Shown here: positions 50,540-60,000 of the stretch, in pieces
How the letters are laid out: each line of letters opens with the position of its first letter
Position numbering within the stretch: the first letter of the stretch is position 1
NCBI RefSeq assembly: GCF_036321535.1
Contig: NC_087436.1
Coordinates: 113,400,001-113,460,000, forward strand
DNA length: 60,000 bases
Direction of reading: 5' to 3'
Origin: Camelus dromedarius
Taxonomy: Eukaryota
Translations under genes and position numbers: made by a program
Notes under the pieces: model-generated
Seen by the model: only the letters and a program-made list of their open reading frames with translations
What the model was told of the DNA's origin: nothing
Databases searched by the model: none

Positions 50540-52300
50540 ATATGCCAGACACAGTGCTTGGAGTTGGGGATGTAACATGGCTTCTTCACTTGTAGAGTTT
50601 ATATTCTGGGAGGAGGATAGGGGATAAAGGAGATGCAATGAAGGAAAACCAATACAGAAACACACAGTAAAGATAAGATTGTGTTCAGTGCTGTGGAGAG
50701 AATTACAGTGGGGTGATATGGAGAGTGTCTGCGGGGGTCCCTTCAGATCAGTTGGTCAAGGAAAATCTCTTTGAGGTAGCTGTATTTGGAAAGGCTTGCA
50801 TGACAAGATGGTTCCAGCCAAGTTCACTTCTGGGGAAAAAGCTGTCCAGGCGGAGGAGGGACTAAGGCAAAGGGCTTCCTATGAGAAAGAACCTGTGATT
50901 GACAGACAGATTGAAGCGCCGCATAGCTCGGCCTAGATGATTAGGGTGCCAGCATAGGAGGTTGGAGAGGTGGTTAGAGGCCAGGTCCGGTAGGGCTTTG
51001 TGTGTCATGGTAAACAAATTTGAATTTGACTCTAAATGTGTTGGGAAGCCACTGGTGGAATTTAAACAGGTTGCCATGATATGATTTACATTTTCAAGAT
51101 TTTGTACAGTGTGGGGGCACATAGAAATGTTCTAATTAAAATCAGAAATAGAGCAAGACTTTTTTCATGAAATTAAAATATTTTACCAGCTATTTATGCA
51201 GGGAATATATTTAAAATTTTTAAGCAATCTTTGGCTCAGGGGTACTTTCCCTTTTATTTTATTTCTCTTTATCTGCCCTTCTCTGTGTTTATTTTCTTTT
51301 TATTTTGAGAAAATTAGAGAAAAGAATTTACAGAAAACAATATCCAAATATCCAATTGAGAATTTACATTTTAACATACTTACATGTTCACTTCAAGTTC
51401 TTATATTTTTTAGTAAAAAAGGAAGTGAAGTCTACTTTGTCCTTTTTTTCTATCTTATTTTCTTTCCAAGAATTTAAGTGTATCATAGATTTTGTGTATC
51501 TTCTTCTAGGCATTTGTTGAATTTTGATTTTTTTAAGTACACATGTATATTTTTATTTTTTGGTGGATTTTTAAATTAAAAACACTATCTTTTATGTATG
51601 CATTGTTTATATGTCATTAAATTTATATAAATGTAAAAAAAAAAAAAACAAGCTTGCATAGGCCAATAGGTAAAGAGAACAACCAGTTGGGAGTTGATTG
51701 TGGACATTCAGATAAGCAAAGATGGTGGCTTGGACAAAGGCAGTGGTGGTTGAGGTACAGATATAAGTGGACAGATCTGAGGTCTGTTTCAGAGGTAGTG
51801 TTGATGAGTCTTGCTGATGGATTAGATGTAAGAGAAGACAGAAAGAGAAGATTGAAGATAATTCCTAGAATTTTTTTTTGACTTGAACAATTGAGTGGAT
51901 GACATTGACTAAAATAGGGGAGACTAGAGTTGAATGATGGAAAATCAACAGGTCAATTTCAGCCATATGAAATTTGAGATGCTTGTTAGACATTAAGTGG
52001 AGATGCCAAGTTTGCAGTTGAGTTTCTAAGTCTGGAGATCAGAAAGGAGGTTAGGACTGGAGACATAAATGTGGGAATGATCAGCAAAATGAATCATACT
52101 TAACACTTTGAAATTACCTACAGAGAGCCTGTAGACGGGGAAGAGAAAAAAGAATGAGGACTGAACTCTGGTGTGCTCCAAAATCTAGAGATCAAAGGGC
52201 AGAACCAGCACAGGAGGCTGAGCAGGAAGAGCCAATATATTAGGAGGAAATAGGACGGTGTGGAGTACTGGAAACCAAGAGAAGAAGAAAGGGTCCAGTT
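50540..52300 (-). mobile_element. LINE-2 (L2a-like), interrupted by an AT-rich block at ~51110-51650
   Basis: tgccagacacagtgcttgg...gggaagccactggtggaatttaaacagg...cttgctgatggattagatgt...tttgagatgcttgttagacattaagtggagatg...aggactgaactctgg. Confidence 0.8.
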
Positions 52301-53802
52301 GTGAAATTAAGTCAGGGACTCTATGCAGCTCTTTTCCTTTTGATTTCCACCACGACCTTGTGCAATAGGCAACGACAGAGTCATTATTTTCATTCTGGAG
52401 ATGAAGAATGGCTTTGAGAGGTTAAATGACCATTCCCAAATGACCTGGCTAATCAGAGGCCCTTCAGAGTGTGTAGTTCCTGAGCCCCTGCCATTCAAGG
52501 AAACCCTGCAGCTGCCATATCTTTTTTGTTGGATTGTATTAGAATGATGTCCTGGGGCCCATGGTACAGTTAACATTCTGTGCCTCTACAAAACATGAAT
52601 GCTGGGGTTTTATAAATTCATGATTAGTTTTATGGTTTTTCTGCTTCCTCGTTTGTTGTAAGGATGTCAGCTAGCACTCTTCCCTTCCCTAGATGTCCCT
52701 ATCTATAGTGACCCTGGCTTGCCTTCTCTTATTTTAAATTTGTTGTACAATTCATGATTTATACCTGAATTCCAAATGTATGGCAGTTACCTGAATTCTC
52801 CACAGATGATGCTAGGAATAGAGTTCTTTAATTTTTACATCATGTTTGCCCATATTTAATAATTGTTAACACTGGGTCAATAAGTAAAAAAGAATTATTA
52901 ACCTGGAGTTTTGATACGCTCGTAAAAGTGTTTAGGGCTCAGAGTAAATAATAGTGCTGTATTTTCTCTATTCTTTCATAACAGATGAACTTAAACCAAA
53001 ACCATCTCTCCATTGCTAGTTCTGGGAAAGTGCTCTGGTTTAAGTTTGGCTTTAATCTCTGGAAAGCCAAAGATCACTAGACTCAAATGACCTCAAACCC
53101 ATGCTTGAGAATGTTCTTTTTTTTCAATCTTCTCTGCTTGATTTAAGAGGCACTCAGCTACTGAGAAGCAATAAGGGAAAAAAAAAAGTTAAACAATGAA
53201 AATCACATAGAGCAAGGAACTAGAAAAAAACACATTTGCAAGGTATGGAGATTGAGTTTACACACACACTGATTTGGTTGACTTGGTAGAATAATGAAAT
53301 TAAAAATATTTGTTCTAAGTATAAGCCTTAGCCAAAGTTTATAAGTAAACTAAATGGACTGAGATTATTTTTTAATGGAAAACTCTAAGACCCTAATTTT
53401 TGTGTTTAGTTCACAATAATTATTCTTTCCAAAATAAAATGCACTTGTCATCTTTTTACTTAAACATGTCATGACATTTCTTCCTTCAGGTGAAGGAACA
53501 GAGAGACGTTAATCAACTATCCCCAAATCACACAGCTAGTTAACATCGGAGGTGATCTATAAACAAGGTGGTCTGTGTGGGTTTGTCAGACACAAGGCCC
53601 GGAGCGCCAGGAAGAGTCCTGGTTCCTGGGTCCTGGAACACACTTCACTCTCCCAGCACAGGACTGGCCTCTGTCACCACAACAATGGCAACACTACCCT
53701 TGCTGTCCTCGCAAAGGACGAAAGACTTGATTTTATCAAATGCCTCTTGGAAGGAACATATTCATGGAGGGGGGGCAGCTATCTGAAGGACCTGAAGATC
53801 AC

Positions 53803-54210
53803 TATATTACTTGACTAGAGCTCTGGTGACAAAGTACAGTAAATGGAGTGGCTTAAACAACAGAAATTAATTGTCTCTCAGTTCTGGAGACCAGGAGTCT
53901 GAAATCGAGATGTCAGCAGGGTTGGTTCCTTCTAGGGGCTGTGAGGGACTCTTGTCTTACAGACCTTTCTCTTTGGCTCTATCTTGGTATCATCTTCCCT
54001 CTATACTTGTCTTTGTGTTCAAATTAGCCTTTTCATAAGGACACCAAGCATATTGGATTAGGGTCTACCCTGATGACCTAATTTTAGTTTGATTAACTCT
54101 GTAAACACTATCTTCAAATATGGTCACATTCTGAGGTATATTCTGAGGTCCTGGGGGTTTGGACTTCAACATGTGAAATGGGAGGGGCAGGCACAATTCA
54201 ACCTCTAAAA
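53803..54210 (-). mobile_element. MaLR solo LTR (MLT1A-C-like)
   Basis: gtggcttaaacaacagaaattaattgtctctcagttctggagaccaggagtctgaaatcgagatgtcagcagggttggttccttct...ggtcacattctgaggta...cacaattcaacc. Confidence 0.85.
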
Positions 54211-55369
54211 ATCAGACATCTTTAGCTCATTAGCTTATTAATTCATTGGCCCCTTACAAAAGATCAGACACCGTGGCAGGAATTGAAGCATCAAGGCAGC
54301 CAGTTCCTTACTCTCTATCAGAGAAGACAGGTAATAAACCAGTAACTGGAATAAAATGTGAAAAATTATGTGACTGGAGAACTACAAAGAGCTGGAAGAG
54401 GTAACTTGGAGTTGGCCAGAGGAGGAAATGCAGGGGCAAGTGTTTTCAAACCTTTCCCCTGAATAAACCCTAAGGGTAGAAAAGTATAATGTTGCCCTTC
54501 TGGGGGTTTGGACATAAACCGAAAGCTGTTCACACAAGTGGGACATGCCTTTCATTGAGGTTTCATGCTCTCTCTTTCAAAGCATATATGCATTTTATAT
54601 TCTATTCTGTATCTATTCATGTTGGTTTAAATGTGTGATTAATGCCCTAAAACCTTTACTACCTAGATAAAGGCAAGGCCAGAATGTTTTCCACCTATCT
54701 CTAGGGAGATGGACCATTTTACCTCCTGTTGTGCCCCCTGGGTTACTCATTTTACCCCAGTTTGAGAACCATAGCTTTGACTCAGTCTAGATTTTATCCT
54801 TGGATTAATCCAAGGCATTCATAGAGTTGCCTTGATTTGGACTAAATATCTCTGAGTAGCCTAAATTAAGTTTCTTTTGCTGTTGATAGATGTTCTAAAA
54901 GACTAATGTATACTATAGGGATGCTAGTGATAGTTTCATAACATCATTTAGTCATCCTTTTATGAAGGCCAATGAGGAAAATATTTTCTCGAAGACTCTG
55001 GGCCAGAAATAATTTGCTCTTCCAAAATATACTGTGACTCTTTCAAATGATCATTCTTCCTTCTTTGCTTTGGCTGCTGGGAAACTCAAAACTAAATTAG
55101 CATTTCATCTTTAATATCTGGGGATTTATTATAGAAGTGTATTTAGTAAATTTCCCATTTTGTCTTTATTATCTCTTCACCTTTATTTTTAAACTTATGA
55201 TCTTATAATAGCATTATATATTGTTATATATGATTGCATATATTATAAAATAATATAATACTATTGTATTGCATCATATTGTCCATACGATTCTTAAATG
55301 CATTCCAAGTTCAGTGAACATTTCTGTTTAAATGTCCCATATCCATTTTCTTCACCCTTTGTAATCTAA

Positions 55370-55845
55370 ACCAGTGTTCATTCACTGATGCCACCTCTAC
55401 CATCACAGCCCATGGTTTCAAGGAGGCTGGCTTCACTCTCAGCTCAGGAGGTGGATGTGAGCAGCCTGGGGATAATCCCCCCAGAGCAGGCACAGTGGTT
55501 CAGGAATCCAGGCCTAAGGCAGTCAGCACCTGGCAGGTCCCCGTACTCAAGGGCTGATTCATAAATGGGCATGTGACCCAGCTTAGGCCAGAGAGACAAG
55601 AGGGGGAATTTCTTGGGGCTCTGAGTCAGATATTTCCTGTCTAAAAATAGGAAACCACTGGATGTTGGAAGGAAGTAAATATACCAAAGAAGGGATGGTC
55701 ACAAAACTGTAGAGGAGCTGAGCTAGAGTCTCTGGGTGAATAAATCCTGAAGTCTAACTGACCTCACCTGAACCAAATACGGTCCCTTATTATTTAAGCC
55801 AGTCAGAACTGTTGTTTTGTTGTTGTTGTTGTTGTTTTTGTTGTC
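55370..55845 (+). mobile_element. Old MaLR LTR (MLT1J/K-like)
   Basis: gggcatgtgacccagcttaggcca...cccttattatttaagccagtcagaactgttg. Confidence 0.55.
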
Positions 55846-56528
55846 ATGTAAACCACCTCAAATCCTTTTGGGAGCAAGGCAGAACATAAATAAACAAAAC
55901 AAGACTTAATAGTGAGGCCCGGGTCAACAACAGGAGTCATTCATGATTGGATCTCGGTCCACTTCTCCGACCTTATCTCTTGTTCTGTGTGCATCTCCGT
56001 CTCCCAGTCCTGTCCCCACTCCAGAAGGACTGACTGTTCTCTGGATGCTTCATGCCTTCTTGACTGTGCACCTGCTGCTATCACCACAATGTCTTGTTTC
56101 CATCAATTAATAAGAATCAACCCAAATGGCACTTCTTAAGGAAAACAGATTAGAGTTTGCCTTTTTTTTTAAATGCTTCCTTGGCACCTTGTCCATCATC
56201 TCTCCATTACTACAGCCATGACATAGCTTCATAGCTGCTCATGTGCCTCCTCTAGGCAGTAAATTCCTTGAGGGCAGGCACCAGGCCCCTTGGCATCATT
56301 ACTGCCTGGCATAGTGTCTGACAAATATCAGGTACTCCATCCATTTGTATATAGTTTGTTGTGTTTCAAAGTAAGCAACTGGAAAGTGAGAAACAGAGAT
56401 TCATTGGGTTCATCAGTAACAGAAGAGGTTTAATCCCAGAGAATAATCTGTTTTGTGCCATAGTATGGGAAGAGCTTAGAAAATCCAGTTTGGATTATGT
56501 AATTCAGAGTATTAGAATTGACAGCATT

Positions 56529-57232
56529 TAAAAATTTTATTTAAAATTTTTATTGAAATATTGTTGACTTACAATATTGTGTTAGTTTCTGGTATACAGC
56601 ATAATGATTCAGTCATACACATATATTCTTTTTTATAATAGGCTATAACAAGATATTGGATATAGTTCTCTCTGCTATACAGAAGGACCTTGTTGTTTAT
56701 CTGTTTTGTATATAGTAGTTTGTATCTGCTAATCACAAACTCCTAATTTATCCCTCCCCCTACCTTTCCCCTTTGGTAACTATAAGTTTGTTTTCTATGT
56801 CTGAGTCTGTTTCTATTTTGTAAATAAGTTCATTTGTATCATTTTTTAAATTCCACATGTAAGTGATATCATATGATATTTGCCTTTCTCTGACTTACTT
56901 CACTTAGTACAACAATCTGTAGATCCATCTGTGTTGCTGCAAATGACATTATTTCATTCTTTTTCATGGCTGAGCAATACTCTATTGTGGATATTTTTAC
57001 CACATCTTCTTTATCCAGTCATCTGTCTATGGGCATTTGGGTTGCTTCCATCATGTCTTGGCTATTGTAAATAATGCTGCTATGGACATTGGGGTGCATG
57101 TATGTTTTTGAGTTAGAGTTTTCTTCAGATATATGCCCAGGAGCAGGATTGATGGATCATATGGTAACTCTATTTTTAGTTTTTTAAGGAATCTTCCTAC
57201 TGTCTTCCATTATGGCTGCACCAAATTACATT
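56529..57232 (-). mobile_element. 5'-truncated L1 3' end (~700 bp) with degenerate TSD
   Basis: ttattgaaatattgttgacttacaatattgtgttagtttctggtatacagc...gatggatcatatggtaactctatttttagtttttt. Flanks gaattgacagcatt (56515-56528) and gaattgggagcatt (57233-57246). Confidence 0.9.
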
Positions 57233-58716
57233 GAATTGGGAGCATTCTTTATTTAACCTTCTCACTTTTCAAATAAGGAACCTGAGACCCAGAAGAATGA
57301 GATGTCTTGCCCAAGGTTGCATAGCTTATTAGGCTCAGGGCCAGGAAGGGAACCCAGGTCTCCTTCCCTGACTGCTGCTCATCCCGCTACTTTTCTGCCA
57401 TTCTGTGTGCTCTCAGCCCCTTGTGTGACGTTGACTTGAGTCACCTAAACCTCGCCGAACCCTTGTTTTTCCATTGTAAGAATGGAACTATTCTCACTGG
57501 ATCCATTCGCCAGAACTAAATGATATAAACTCATGAAAGTACTTTGAGAACTATAAATGTACCTTCAAAATATGAGATTTCATCATAAGATGCTTCTCAA
57601 CCCTGGGTATTATGCAGAAAAAGTCACTCATTCCCTTTGGTAACAGGAAACATTGTAGAATCCTGTAATTTGGCAAGTCTACAAAGAGTAAAATTCAAGA
57701 CATTACAGAAAGCATCTTTCTCCTATTTGTTTTTAACAAGCATTGTTTCATTTTAATAATCTGTGACAAAATGTCTAACTAACAAGAAAAGCATGGAAAT
57801 GCATGAGGTAAAAAGAAATGCAGTCAGCACTGTAGAATTTTCCCGAAACGCTTTGCTCTCAACCCTTTTGTAAAGTGGGAGAGCAGAGCTGCCAGGTGGG
57901 CTCGTGTGGGATTTGCCAGCCTCGGAGATTTGCAAAAAGAGTTTGAGCCATATTGGGTTGTTTATTTTGGTGCTACTCAATGTGCCTAGTTTATGCACAA
58001 GAAACTTAAAAATAGAAAGGCTAGATATGAAATATTTTGGGGCTTGTCATACCATGAGCATGAAATGAAAGGTGTGCCAAACCAGCCATTTTCTGTCCAT
58101 CCTACCACCTCATGCTTGCTCTTAAAAATATTTATGTAGGGGATTTAAACAGTTTCCAGTTACTATAAAAAATACTGTGTGTTGGTTACTGTGCTGGGTG
58201 CTGGGAATCTAGAGGACAATTAGACCTGTTGGGTCCTTCCCACTCACAGTTATAGTCTCTAGGGGGAAAAGAGATGAACCGGTAATGAGATACATTAAGG
58301 GAAGTGCAAGGCCCTAGTGTAGAACACAGCAGGGCACTTCATTATTCCCAGGGATTGACTGATGGTTCAGAGTGTACCCCTAGGCCAGGTTTTAACCTGA
58401 CAGTTAATCTCCTTCCCACTTCTGAACTTTCAAGGTGCTTTCTTTGTCCCATTCATATTGCATTTAATAATAATAACAATAGCTACCACTTAATAAGTAC
58501 TTGTGTGAACAACTCCTAAGTAGCACCTTATACAAATACTAATGTTTAGTTTAGTCCTTCAAATAACTCTGGTTTCTGTCAGGAAGCCAAATCCAGGGAA
58601 GGCTTTCAGAACTCCATCACTAACTCTTCATACAATTTTCTTTTCTGCTCGTCTACATTATTTTTGCGAGTCCCTTCAATCAGATTTTCCCTATTAAGAT
58701 GTATTTGTGCAGTTAG

Positions 58717-58743
58717 ATGATGATGATGATGACGATGATGATG
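58717..58743. repeat. (GAT)n microsatellite
   Basis: gatgatgatgatgatgacgatgatgat. Confidence 0.9.
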
Positions 58744-60000
58744 TTTATTTGGTCCTTATTCTTTTGCTAGATATGGTGCTGACCTCTTTACAAAGCATCA
58801 CATCATCTAATTGGCTCTATAAAGGTAGGAGGTAGGTCCAATTCTTCTCTCTATTTGATAGATGAGGAAATGCTGGCCCAGAGAGGTTACATTTTCCTGA
58901 TAGAGACACAGCTGCTAAGGAAGCTGCTGCATCCTTCCAGACCTTGAGCTTGAGAATTGAGCACTATGCTACTTCAGTGTCTTTTCTGGAGCAGGCAGAA
59001 GATCTGATCCATTTTAGTTTACTTTATATGTCTGCTAGAAGACCGTCATGTAGAACTCCGCCTGGACTGCCCCATCCATTCTCTCCACTTGGCTAACTCC
59101 ACTGTTCCTCTGAATTTGACATTAGGCTTCAGTTTAATCATAGCAGTGGTTCACACAGGCCTGTCTTGTTTCCCTCCCCAAATCCTTGAAACAGTGGCAA
59201 AAGCATAAATATACTGGTCTGCAAGGACAACGAGAACAGAAGGAGAGACAATAGTGAATGAAATGGTTCCACCACTTTTCTGAAGATAGGAAACAGATGC
59301 AGGCATGGCAAACAACCTAGCCGAGTGGAGAAAGTTCCCATTTAAGTGCCGGCAGATGGCTTGCCCAAGGGGCCTCTGAGAGGCTCTGCAAGACGAGTAT
59401 GAGGATCAGTTGTAGCTCGGGAGGTAGAGGCTAAAACGGGGTGACTGGCAGACACCCCCTTAACCCTTCATGGCCAGAAGGTGGTCTCTTCCTTGCCTTT
59501 GGAGATTAAACCAACGGTCTCTTGTTTCAGGGACACCCATATCTGGGGAGAGCAAGGTGGTACAAAATGGGACTAAAAGAGGATTAAGAATGATCTGTAT
59601 AACACACTGTGAGACCGTGAGCACCTTCCCCTATTACCTTCGAAGGCCAGCATCCAAGCATGTATTCCTTTCCTGAAGCTCTCCAGCAGCAGATTAGAGG
59701 ATCATTTTGTGGAGAAATGAAGTAGCTCCAAAGAAAAGCTTTCCAGAGACAAACAAATGGAGCTTTCCATCCACAAGGATGGCATGCCCTTTCATTACCC
59801 AAAGTAAAACCCAGCAATTAAGTCTCTGCCCATGTTCACAGTGCTTTAGATCACATTTGGTGCTTTACTCTTAAAAAGGACAAATGGGCAATCCAGGATA
59901 ACTAGGTATTTGAGGAAGGCCTTCCACATGAAAGTGATGAAAATGTGCCAAAACCCCTCCCCCCAAAAACCAACCAACGAAATAAACAAACCAACAGAAA

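Noticed and set aside
48411..50665. 191-aa and 144-aa minus-strand ORFs
   Set aside because: They run across LTR16-like, MIR, MLT1 and L2 repeats, with no splice or homology support.

Overview
Mammalian (eutherian) genomic DNA containing the 5' half of CPEB2 on the minus strand. Four coding exons are visible: 18079-16388, 13461-13180, the 90-nt cassette exon 12431-12342, and 5032-4942. All have canonical GT-AG boundaries and consistent phase. The RRM/ZZ exons lie beyond the left edge of the window. A ~3.6-kb CpG island (~15650-19300) covers the promoter and exon 1. In the ~41 kb upstream (19.3-60 kb) I can support no protein-coding gene. That region is dominated by old repeats (L1, L2, MIR, MaLR/ERVL LTRs, hAT and mariner MITEs) plus a few younger TSD-flanked retroinsertions. 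I saw no Alu, B1, Bov-tA, PRE1 or Can-SINE elements, and the young L1 3' ends look cetartiodactyl, possibly camelid (inference). The most interesting signal is that the CPEB2 cassette exon begins with GTGAGA, so splicing it to exon 2 (ending CAG) rebuilds a near-consensus 5' splice site, which is the architecture of a recursive-splicing (RS) exon. Other highlights are nested start codons with a weak, stop-preceded first AUG, a pure (GGC)10 run, a polyadenylated, internally duplicated retroinsert with TSDs, an ancient LTR-junction duplication, and an inverted duplication inside an L1. Repeat family names come from recognition by eye and their boundaries are approximate.
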